From the NCBI GenBank assembly GCA_964255285.1, contig CAXUUL010000069.1:1-37983 (forward strand): a stretch of DNA of 37,983 nt, in the 5' to 3' direction. Below are positions 1 through 10,140 of this stretch, piece after piece. The position numbers were made by a program, and so were the translations under genes. This DNA is from Ionaspis alba (taxonomy: Eukaryota). The notes beneath the pieces are model-generated. The model made no database searches. It had not been told where the DNA came from and was given only the letters and a program-made list of their open reading frames with translations. Every line of letters begins with the position of its first letter. Position 1 is the stretch's first letter.

Positions 1-455
1 ATCTTTGTAGTAGGATACGGCTTTATTAGTAGTCATCTATTCGCGCCTGTCAATCTCAGCTTCTGCAAGCCGCGCTCAAGTTGCGGAAGCCATATCATTT
101 TTTCCAAATACAATTAAAGCTGTTCTGGCAGTTCCAGGAACCAATCGATGTTTAAGGTAGGCTTTTCCTCACGCCTTACTGTGCAGTAGGGGAAATCACG
201 CGAGCCGGCTATGATCTCAGCTACAACATTGAGCCAAGCGAGCCAAGCAGTACCGTAGTTAGCGATAGGGGTAGCCATTCTACCTTTGGATCCAGCTTTT
301 GAGTCGTTTTGATCGACACAGGTGATCGCCACGAGTCTGCATCAAGTCTTTGACGTTCAGGCACGAATACCGCGTGGTGATGTCCTTGGTCATTGTGTTG
401 CAATGCGGCTGTCAGAGACTGGCATTCCTGGCGCAGCAAGACATTTCCTTGCAAA

Positions 456-2579
456 TCATTTAACAAGCCGGAAGGTCTCCCATTTGTCCTCCAGATCCGG
501 CAACATCTGCAGAAATACGTTTTGTTTGAAACCTGCTAGCAATGCAAACATGATGTGTCGGTCACCTTTCGCGGAAAGAACATGCAGGAAAGTGCCCCCT
601 GGAAAGTAACAGATTCGACATCCGTTCATAATAGGATGGGCGGAATATCCAACGCGACCCTCAGTGGTGATAAAGAAATAACGACTAGCATTCTCAAATC
701 GAAATCGGAAGCATGACTGTAAAAGATCTCGGGCTTTGCCCATCTCGATCTGCATTCGCGTGGCTGTCTCTTCCCACGTCTGGCTGCCAGTTGCATGCGC
801 TGCCTTGAAGAAGTCAAGCCATTGTAAAAAGATATTGTATTTTTGCTCGAAAGGCGTTGGCCTATCGGGATCGTCGTCACGCATGGAACAATTGAGCCAT
901 GCCTCAGAACGAGCAGACCCGCGGCCGGTCTCCAAGATGAAAAACCGATGGAGCTGATCCAGCCACTCGATGTGTTCAGCCTTGCACGTCAACGCAAACA
1001 CTTCGGGCGAGGTCCGCCAGCGCAGGCGCCGGGTGAGGTCATCCAAGTCTAGCCTCTCCGACGCGATCGCAAGACACTTGTGAACAGTGTCAAGCTGGAC
1101 TCCGCGGACGCTCAGAGCACTGAAACTCTCGTTAAAATGAAGGTGCCCACGGTCTCGTGCAGCGCCCACCAAAGTAGGAATCACGGAGCTGTCTTCGGTC
1201 GCCAAGCCGACCAGATTCAAAAGTCGGCGGCTGCTAAAGTCTGGACACCAGGATGGAAGATTTTCCGGTCGAGTCGAGGCAGTAGGATCGCACGACTCCA
1301 TAAGGAGCACCCACATTAAAGGGCCGTCCGGGACTTGACATGCGACTCGTAGGGCATTTGCAAACACAGCAGCCGCTGAGAAACGATAGTCAACAGGGAT
1401 AGCTGCACGAATCGCCTTGTCACATAGACCGAGGACTCCGAAGATCAAGTCCCGCGGGTCTTGTGCCTTGCGAGCGGACGTTTGATATAAGATGTCTCCA
1501 AATGAGTACCGAGGGCCCATGCTAAGCCTGGTGCTGAGCTGGCTGCCTTCAACGGACATAAGGAAATGGTCAATGGAGCCATGCGAGATCACCACTGTTC
1601 TCACAGGATAAAGTACACCAATGTATATGGCTGGAAGGAGCAGATGGAGACAGTCCCTTAGCGTTTCCCATCTCACAGGCGCTGGTGGGCTTCCGCAGAA
1701 CACCAGCGCGTGCTTCGATAGCACGATTTCTTGAAGTGTCCATAGCCTACAGAACCACGGTCGACCGGCAAGTTTCAGAAACGCAATCCAGAAAACATCA
1801 TCCTGCCCAAAGAGATTTCCCTGGAAAGGTGCTTGCGCAACAAGCGCTCTCAGCTCGTTGCCTTCCATTGGCGCATTGGTTCTCTTGTAGTGGTCTCCAA
1901 GCGTGGATAGCAAAGCCTCGAATGCGTCTAGAGTTGGTTGCGTGATATCATATGTTTTTTTGAGAGTCGTTGCTTGTCTCTCACGCTGGCTGAGAAGATC
2001 GGGACGCCGTAACTGTCCTGATGTAGTCTCCGAAGCTCCACTATTGTCCACTGCTTCTGCCCTCGTGATTGGCTCACCACTAGGCAACTTGTGTAGTCTG
2101 GACGAGAGATCCAGCCACATTATCACGGCCATGGCCCTCTTACTGTCATCTGCATGCTCCCCCAGCCAGACTAGAACCTCACTAGCTTGTCTGAATACGC
2201 AGTCCATTTGCTGGACCTGATGCGACTTCTCCTCGTTGTTGCTTTGATCGATGCAGACCGCGTCAATCCACATGGGCTTAGGCTTCAAGCCGCCAGCCTC
2301 CTGAGCTTTGAACCAAGCGTGCAATGCCTTGATTGCAGCTAGAAGGCTGGGAGTAATCCTGAACAACCCACCATTGACATTGATAGGAAGGTCGGGCGGG
2401 TCAGCGCCCCAGCAATATGACAACGCACAATACTCTAGACAGCTTTCCCGGGAAACCGTTCGCAGCGTGCAGTAAGGCAATCCATCATCCGAGATTGAAT
2501 CGATGCTGAGAAGGCGTATCTGCACTGGCTGGAGAGGCTGCCCGTACTGGAACGACTCCACATAGCAATCCGAAGACAT
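456..2579 (-). CDS. HET-domain (heterokaryon incompatibility, HET-6-like) protein, intronless, 707 aa
   Basis: Canonical HET motifs YCALSYCWG, MWIDAVCIDQSNNEEKSHQVQQMDCVFRQASEVLVWLG, RPWFCRLWTLQEIVLS; HET-6-like downstream motifs DPRDLIFGVLGL, LPSWCPDF, RYFFITTEGRVG. Confidence 0.93.
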   Translation of the reverse strand: MSSDCYVESFQYGQPLQPVQIRLLSIDSISDDGLPYCTLRTVSRESCLEYCALSYCWGADPPDLPINVNGGLFRITPSLLAAIKALHAWFKAQEAGGLKPKPMWIDAVCIDQSNNEEKSHQVQQMDCVFRQASEVLVWLGEHADDSKRAMAVIMWLDLSSRLHKLPSGEPITRAEAVDNSGASETTSGQLRRPDLLSQRERQATTLKKTYDITQPTLDAFEALLSTLGDHYKRTNAPMEGNELRALVAQAPFQGNLFGQDDVFWIAFLKLAGRPWFCRLWTLQEIVLSKHALVFCGSPPAPVRWETLRDCLHLLLPAIYIGVLYPVRTVVISHGSIDHFLMSVEGSQLSTRLSMGPRYSFGDILYQTSARKAQDPRDLIFGVLGLCDKAIRAAIPVDYRFSAAAVFANALRVACQVPDGPLMWVLLMESCDPTASTRPENLPSWCPDFSSRRLLNLVGLATEDSSVIPTLVGAARDRGHLHFNESFSALSVRGVQLDTVHKCLAIASERLDLDDLTRRLRWRTSPEVFALTCKAEHIEWLDQLHRFFILETGRGSARSEAWLNCSMRDDDPDRPTPFEQKYNIFLQWLDFFKAAHATGSQTWEETATRMQIEMGKARDLLQSCFRFRFENASRYFFITTEGRVGYSAHPIMNGCRICYFPGGTFLHVLSAKGDRHIMFALLAGFKQNVFLQMLPDLEDKWETFRLVK

Positions 2580-3150
2580 GAATTCTAAGTATTACTCATG
2601 CAGACGTACAGGACATGCTAAAAAAACTGCTAGAGGTCTGTACGTCCTCCCTCGGCCTGTACAGGCTCCTTAAAAGGGGTTAGTTGATTTAAGTAGATTC
2701 GAAGGATCTAAAGCATAAGACAGGACTGCTGCATGGTACAATCAAATCAGACCAGCTGGAAACTTTCCATAGCCTTTACACTGCACTTGAACGTAGATAT
2801 GCATTCACATACACCTATCTAATAAGTTCATTGAAACAATTATCAAACAGATTGAAAGGGTAACATTTGAGTTGACCAATGTCGAGATGGCCTGAAGGAT
2901 AGACAGTGATCAGAAATGCGCGGCCGCGACTTAACCGAGTTTTGGCTAGGCTGCAATTGGTCACATTCGTTGAAAGCCCGATATTAAGTTGCCGGCTAAA
3001 GATGGCGCAATCTCTGCGGAGCAACAGCTGCTGCTGAGAAGGCACACTCCCTATGACTTGACTCGGTGAGAGCATGGATCCGTTATCACCGGAGAACTCC
3101 CATGACTACCACTCCATCTCCAACCGCTTCACCGTGAGAGCAGTCCATAC

Positions 3151-4159
3151 AAAATGTTTTCAGAGTCGCGATTATTCTTCACCCAGCATTTCTTCAGTTG
3201 GTAGATGAGCCTCCATCCGTTAATATCACGGCGTTGCAAAACCAGGTCAATGTCTTTTAAAGATTAACATGCCATCCATAATAAGGCGGGCGCCGTGATT
3301 TGCCCCATAGCGAAGGCCTCCCGCGTAGAAGGTAGCCAACCTTACTCCTATCCAGCAGTAAATTCGGCAAACAGGGAAAACTGCAATCGGTAACGCTTGT
3401 GAACGAAAATGAAGTCGTCCTTAATCCAGAGGGTAAATAGGAGCCGCGTAAGGTCGCGGAGAGTGACAAAATACTTCAGTCGCCGCTTGTTGACCACGAG
3501 ACCTTCCGCGGTTAGGGGTTTTCGTACCCACTAAAAAGCGTAAGACTGGTGATTCCACCACGCCCACCACGAAATACAGTGCAACTCATATTGTACACTT
3601 CGCTTCGTTCCTCAGCGTCCGTCGAGGTTCCTGTGACTCGTGTGAAACCGGCGAAGAACCATTCCGCGAACGTATTAACGGAATCGGCGGTTGGCCTCTC
3701 GACGATCTTGCCTCGGCTCGTGGCGACTTAGAAGCGGAGGAAATCTTTAACAGTGGCCAGGTCCGGAGCATCGAATCCTTCCTCTAAGTAGCATTTTCGA
3801 ATGGCAGTCTCATCCGGTGGCGGTAGCCTTCTCCGAGCGTGGTCTCTCTGCGTCTCGCCGAGATTCCAACTGTTTCCTCCGTGTCAGTTCCGAGCCCTAG
3901 ACCGATCGATCAAGAGAAAGAGATCTTCCTTCCAGAATATAGCGATTCACGGCTGCGTCTTGGTCCTTCCTCGTCTTCTTGACATGCTTATAACGGTCGC
4001 GAGCCTCGTCTTCCTCTCGGTACTCCCCCTCCTGTAGCCGTTGGCTTCGGCCTGAGCCAGGAGATCGTCCGCAGTAGCGCAGGCTCCGCGGTGGCAGCGG
4101 TGGTAATGGTAGAACGGTGGTGGCGATAAAGAGGGCGAGTGCGAGAGAGAGGAGGACAT
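3151..4159 (-). pseudogene. Degenerate DUF3435 tyrosine recombinase (Starship captain-like), 3'-truncated
   Basis: Manual translation across frameshifts and introns gives LLAQAEANGYR/EYREEDEARDRYKHVKKTRKDQDAAVNRYIL, APDLATVKDFLRF*VATSRGKIVERPTADSVNTFAEWFFAGFTRVTGTSTDAEERSEVYN, WVRKPLTAEGLVVNKRR...DLTRLLFTLWIKDDFIFVHKRYRLQF, YCWIGVRLATF...GLRY, DIDLVLQR...WRLIYQLKKCWVKNNRDSENI. These match DUF3435 proteins as I recall them. In-frame TAA at 3728-3730, at least 3 frameshifts (first about 4025-4029), non-canonical donors (GGAAGG, ATGAGT). Confidence 0.82.
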
Positions 4160-4605
4160 TGTGCTATTAGATTCCGCGAGCGCCCTGTCTGCTTCTTGTA
4201 TCCACAGTAGAGAAGCGGCCTTGTCCACCGTATGAGGCGCCAAAAATGGATCCCCTTTCGTGGGAGCCGTATTTTGCAGACAGAATAGGTAGAGACTGTG
4301 TTGCGGGTGACCGTCGCGCGACTCACCCTCGCCCTCACCCTGGCGTCCGAGAAAGAGTAGTTAAGAGCGGCGTCGTGTGGGTGATAGGTCGAGTGAGCTC
4401 GGAGCAGATTTTAGTGATTTTAATCTGCCAAGACATGAGGCTCCCCTACTCAACGGTCTAGTGGGGTCCTGCGTCATGCAAGATTGAAGCTCAATGGGCC
4501 CCGCAACATTATTTCCTCGCGTGTAGTGTACAAATCTCTGCGCACCTCTGTGATATAAATTATAGACAACTCTACCTCTGACACAATAAAAGCTCCAGAA
4601 ACATA

Positions 4606-5695
4606 ATGCAAGCGGCCAATCGATTGCAGAAGGCCTTGAAGACCGGCTCCGGCCTGACCTTTGGCGCATGGCAGATGTTGCCAGGAAGCAACCATTCGAG
4701 AACAATTGCAAGATGCGGGTTTGATTGGGTCGCTGTGGACACAGAGCATGGCAATATTGACGGCAAGCTGAAACATGCAGATCGACGTATTCAAACGGCA
4801 AATCAGGCGGCTAATGTCTGCACTCAATAGACGGTGCTATGCACGAAGCTGTGGCCGCCATCGCGGGATGCGGAGTAAGCCCAATTGTGCGCATAGCGGC
4901 CAACGAGGGTTGGATGGTGAAAAGTAAGATTGCTCTGCGGCTGCAACATGAGGAGCAGGCTAACGCTGCATGCAAATCAGGGGCTCTTGATTCTGGTGCT
5001 CATGGCATAATTGTACCGCTCCTATACACGGCGGATGATGCGAAGAAACTTGTCAATTCTGCAAAGTTTCCGCCCAAAGGCCAGCGAGGATTCGGCTCGC
5101 CGTTTCCGATGGAGAAATTTGGTGGACAGACGACGGCAGAATATTTGCAACAAGCCAATGATGCGCTTCTGACAATTGTGCAAATCGAGACGAAAGAGGC
5201 TCTGCAGAACGTAAGACATCTCTTTCTCTTCTGAGTGAGCGAATCCTATAATTTCAAATTGACGTGCGATAGATTGATGCCATTGCAAAAGTTCCCGGTA
5301 TTGATGTCCTCTTCGTTGGACCTTATGATCTTGGAAACAACATCGGACATCCCATTCTTGATGGTACAATGCACGAGGAATTGAAGCAAGCTATAGCCAC
5401 TATCCTGCGGACGGCCAAGGAGAACAAGAAGAGCACGGGTATATACTGTACATCGGGAGACCAAGCCAGACAATTTGCGGACCAGGGCTTCAATATGGTA
5501 CGTGACTTCCATATGGAGATCTTACGAAGCTGACACTCCTTGCAGATATCGGTAGCTGCCGATATGATAGCATTACCCGCATATTTCACGCAAGCCCTCA
5601 CCAGCGCGAAGGGTTCGTATGTCCACTCAGCGTTGCACCTAGCCAAAGGAGCAGTCTCTGGAGCTGCAAAGATGACGGGGCCGTATGGACGGTGA
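4606..5695 (+). CDS. HpcH/HpaI aldolase family protein (5 exons)
   Basis: GFDWVAVDTEHGNID, ALDSGAHGIIVP, KFPPKGQRGFG, IVQIETKEAL, DVLFVGPYDL motifs. First intron 4763-4830 is GC-AG; stop TGA at 5693-5695. Confidence 0.92.
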
Positions 5696-5719
5696 GAACG
5701 AACGAACAGATATGTGCCA

Positions 5720-6098
5720 TCATGAATGGCCTTCTGCTTCGTTAATAAATGCTTCCACTTCCGCCTCCGTGAAACGGTGCATGAGTTTTCGAGCTTCAGT
5801 CGCAATGTCTGGCTTAGAATATGTATGGAACACGCGCTGGACGTGTAACTAGCAATAGATTAATCAGAGTAGTCAGTCACCAGAGAACTGTAGGATCTAC
5901 CACAGGAGTATCGAATTCGTATATGTCTTTCCATTGCTTTTGTCCTGTGGCCATTACATCCACTTCATTGAATTCAAAACTTCTCCTCTTTCCCAGGCTC
6001 GACAGAACCGACTTTGCACAATCACACAGGGAGCAATTGGCGCGCGTAAAAAGAGTAAGACGAGCACTATGTTGCAACAGCCTTGAAGACGCCTTCAT
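5720..6098 (-). CDS. Glutaredoxin-like protein (DUF836 type), 2 exons, probably mitochondrial
   Basis: LTLFTRANCSLC (CxxC), WKDIYEFDTPV|LHV spliced, KLMHRFTEAEV C-terminus; basic, presequence-like N-terminus. Confidence 0.88.
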
Positions 6099-6384
6099 GG
6101 TATGATGAGTTGGGAATGGCAACGATAGATTGACTGAGAAACAAATATAAGGACGATGAGAAGAGCCGCATTCTCAGCCCTATATCTAACCAGTAAATTC
6201 ACCCGAGGACTCTGGAACTCCCAGGCACTTGAAAGCTCAACCATGCAAATGGCGGCCTTCTTCAAACATTGACAGTAACCTCCCTCCGTTGGAGATGCCT
6301 TAGTCGTTGTCTCAGCACTGCATTATCGCAACTGCCTTGCTTCACAAATTTATCCCTCGTCTCCGCTGCGACCCTCACGCAACA

Positions 6385-6735
6385 ATGTCCCTCCAACCTT
6401 ATATAAACAGTACCTACCTTCCCGCAAACATTTTCTCGTCTCTCTACTAATTCTTCACAACAGAAAAGGTTCTCGTCCTCACCGCCGATGGCCGTACCCT
6501 AATTGGGACGCTCGTTTCCTGCGACCAACTTACGAATCTCGTTCTCGGCCATACGATTGAGCGCGTGATCCGGCCCCCCGAAGACGAAGAACCGAGCTCC
6601 GAAGTCAGTCACGGACTTTATTTGATTAGAGGCGAGAACGTGACTGTATGTGGGCTGGTGGATGAGGAGCTCGATGCGAGCATTGATTGGGAGAAGGTGA
6701 GGGGGAGTGTCGTGGCCGGCGTAAAACATGGTTGA
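6385..6735 (+). CDS. LSM8: U6 snRNA-associated Sm-like protein Lsm8 (2 exons)
   Basis: Spliced MSLQPYIN|KKVLVLTADGRTLIGTLVSCDQLTNLVL...GLYLIRGENVTVCGLVDEELDASIDWEKVRG; missed by the ORF track because of the early intron. Confidence 0.95.
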
Positions 6736-7325
6736 GAAAGGTTATGTTTACTGTGGCTATTGGAAATAAGAGGGTTGGATTTGGAGGAAGAGGGAGAGAC
6801 ATGGAAAGCTCAAATTGCTATCGATGTCACCACGGCCAGAGAGCGGAAAGGCGAGAACGGGGATCACAGGGTCTCGTGGTTCGGAGACGGCAGAAACAAA
6901 CTGAAGTGCGGAAAACAATTGAGTATGTCTCTTGAATGTTTCAATGTGCAGCAGTCAAAGATAACTGTGGTTGTCCGATGAACAGCTTCTCGATGCTTCC
7001 GTTTTCACTCGCAATGTCCCAATTGGATCGCGGAGCCTACTGCAGCGCGTCGCAACGATTGGAGGCCTCCAGGAGGACCTTGAAAGGCAACCAGACTCTT
7101 CGCGAGACATGACATGTGGAAACGTTTCGCGCATGTTCCAAGAAGACGAGCTTGCCTCTCTCGCACTAGATTTACCCAGCAAAGGGTATGACTAGGGACT
7201 ATATCCTGAGTACCTTGTCAATCTTGGGCTGTGAATACCCATACTAGTCTCTGACGCTCCTTGCGCGTCTCTTCATGGCCCTTTCAGAACTCATAACAGC
7301 TCATCGGGGACCATCATCAGGTTTT

Positions 7326-9155
7326 TCAAACAGCTTCTCTAATCTTACCACTGAGGCTGATGTCCCTCTTGCGTTCCTTCTCGGCTTCTACCCGTTGCCG
7401 TGCCCTGGCCTTGATTACCTGAGCACCGAGGAAACCAGAGATATAGCCGCCAAGATGCGCCACATGATCAATTCTTTTGTATCCTCTTAGTATACCAAAG
7501 ACCTCAATACTGACCAAAGCAGCGAAGACAAGACCGGAGGAGAGTACGGGACTGAGCTCTGAGGGGAGAAATCGGAATGTGAAATGTTCTCTAAATGAGA
7601 TATCTCGTCAGCTTATGGAAGCGACCTCAAGAGAGAAACCTTGAGACTTGAGAAGATGTAGACATACCCAGAATGTATAGTACACCAGCAAGCAAGTACC
7701 CCAGTCAAAGCGCCACTAGCTCCGAGAGAGGTCGTGAAGAGATTATTTGTAATCACAAATCGACTCAGAGAGAAGATAGAAGCGAAGACACCACTGCTCA
7801 AATACACCGAGAGGAAGTTGCCGCGACCAATATCATCATGTACTATTTCATCAATAAGCATGTAGCATTGTGATGTAGTACTCGAGCCTGGAAGCTCAAA
7901 GATCGTCGTACTTACAGCGTGTGCCTACAAACCATAACACCGTCATGTTGCCAAAAGCATGCGCCGGACCCTGATGGCTGAAAATGTTACCCAACATAGT
8001 AAAGGCCTTGGGCATGGCCGGAATGATGAGGAAATATTGGTTAAGATAGCGCCACATTGGCGGCACCCTCCAGAGCACCACCACCGCAGCGTTCATCACA
8101 ATAATGCCGATCACTGTGGCCGCAGCCGGCGGCATTTCCGGAAACAAGCGAGCTTTGCGAGGAGGGGGAGTATAGTTCTGCGCGAATAGTATACAGAGGG
8201 ATATAATAGTAATGCAAAATATAGTTGAGGGGAGAAGACGGGCGGTTCTGGACATCACGGGCGGTTCAGCAAGTTTGCTCAACAAGGCCCTTTCCTTGTA
8301 GCGTTTGACCCATTCTGCGGATTCAGATCGGCGGGCCAGGACGGCGCGTCCTACGGGTTTGTGTACCAGCGAGATATCTTTGCTCATTTCAGTAATCTCT
8401 TCCGCCTGAGATTTGTTGGCAGACTGGGATTCGTAGTGTTGGCGGATAGATTCGAGGCCGGATTTGCCATAGAGACCCGTTTGGTCCACATTCTGCTGGG
8501 GATGATATGGAGCATTGAGCTTGGCCTCCGCCTCTTCTTCTTCCACTTCAATCCGTCTGATTATGGCTTCGTCTTCGTCCACGGCATAGTTGGCACGGAG
8601 CCACGAGAGTGCTTTGGCAACGAGGATGATGTTTGAGCCTGGAGTTGTGATCTGCTCGTCTAAAGTCCCAGTAGTCCGTTGTATTTGAAGCGCACGGAAG
8701 AGTTCGTTGCCATGCTTGGTGGATATGGTTGGTCCAAGGATATCGTAGATTTGTTTTGCAGATAAGTCCCTGAATCCAGCTAACTGAGCTTCACGCTCTT
8801 GTCTCTTGATCATCTCATTCCTATCACCATTGCTGGGCGGAAAGCTAGCAGCAGGCTCTGGAGGTATGGCTTCTCGCCATCTTGTTGCTGATATACCAAA
8901 CCAAGTTTTCCCCAGCTCTTTCCATACATATAGAGTGGTTTTCATTGAGCAAAATACCATTGTCGTGCGATGTGTTCGAGTTGGCCGCCATCTCGTGCCG
9001 GACGAGTAATGACAGTATTGAACAGATTGCCATGTGGGGCCGAAGGTGAAAATGGTGGTAGGTCCTAGGAGCCTTGGTGTAATCCCGTGGTGCTTTACAG
9101 TAGCTCGCAGCCCAAGGCTGGAGATGCTCCGTATTATCGTCAAGGCATTGTTCAT
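7326..9155 (-). CDS. PCP1: Mitochondrial rhomboid protease (Pcp1/PARL-like), multi-exon
   Basis: FSHQGPAHAFGNM, SLGASGA (catalytic Ser), HVAHLGG (catalytic His), several TM segments, presequence-like N-terminus; GT-AG introns join the ORF pieces. Confidence 0.9.
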
Positions 9156-9497
9156 TTCTCGTCCCCGAAAGTCAAGAGAAGATCACCTGCAGAGAGAATT
9201 TGGGCAAGAGAATTCGCTGTAAAACCCAGCATCCCAAGCGGTTGCACTGATGAGTATACGGGTTCTGGGACCTTCACAGCTTCTCGACGTCAACTCGGTC
9301 ATCGTCAACATTCACTCGCGTGTTCGCTAATCTAATACAGCCCTACGATCTCCGCGTTGCTTACTCTCCGCGATCGAACTATGCTAGCCTTCAGGAACCA
9401 TGTTTTAGATGTGAGGTTCACCACAGAGGAGATGAACCAGCAGTTCAAGCCACGATCTAAGCGCTGAGTATCGCTACCACTAGTCTTTCAGCGCAGA

Positions 9498-9971
9498 ATG
9501 TCAGCAAACGCAACCCCCATATCTCCCGCCCGCTTCGCCGCTGCCCTCCCAGACCTCCCGCTCTCCTCCATCCATAACAAAGCTGCCGAGCTTCGCAACT
9601 CCATTGCGCATCTCGAGAACTCCAATATTCAATTACAGAGCTTTGCGGACGAGGGTGATGCCGATTGCGCGGAGGCTGTGCGGGAGAATGTGGAGGTGAT
9701 TGGGAGGATGAAAGAGCGGATAGATCTACTCAAGGCGGAAGTTGAAAGAAGGGGTTCTTCGTGGCATGGTGGGGAAGAAAAGGTGGGAGAAGAGGAGAAG
9801 GTTAATGGAGACGTAGATATGGTGGACGACGATGTCGAGGTGGGTAAGGCTGTCAGGAATGGCAATCCCGGAGCGGAGCAGGGAGGGAGGATAGGGGATG
9901 AGGAACTAGCGAGAAGACTGAGAGAGAGATTAGATGCCGAGGATGAAGATGAAGATGGAGTCCATTTGTGA
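9498..9971 (+). CDS. TMA17: Tma17/Adc17-family protein (proteasome assembly chaperone-like)
   Basis: PISPARFAAALPDL, ELRNSIAHLENSNIQL, EAVRENVEVIGRMKERIDLLKAEV resemble yeast Tma17 (EIENSINHLQRSN, VRENEIVL); acidic tail. Confidence 0.75.
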   Translation: MSANATPISPARFAAALPDLPLSSIHNKAAELRNSIAHLENSNIQLQSFADEGDADCAEAVRENVEVIGRMKERIDLLKAEVERRGSSWHGGEEKVGEEEKVNGDVDMVDDDVEVGKAVRNGNPGAEQGGRIGDEELARRLRERLDAEDEDEDGVHL

Positions 9972-10140
9972 TGTTGCAAAATAACGACGATGGTTTGATA
10001 ATGTGGAACTCGGAGATATCCGGTTTGAGGTGAATAATCCAACAGATTGAGGATAGAAGAGGTAAGGTTCATTCTTAATTCCGGATTTGCCTTTGACTAA
10101 TGTCCTTATTAAAGGTTACCTCTAAGCTAAGATATTGTCA

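Noticed and set aside
3947..4338. ORFs 3947-4243 and 3988-4338 as standalone proteins
   Set aside because: Frameshifted pieces of, or overlaps with, the DUF3435 pseudogene 5' end.
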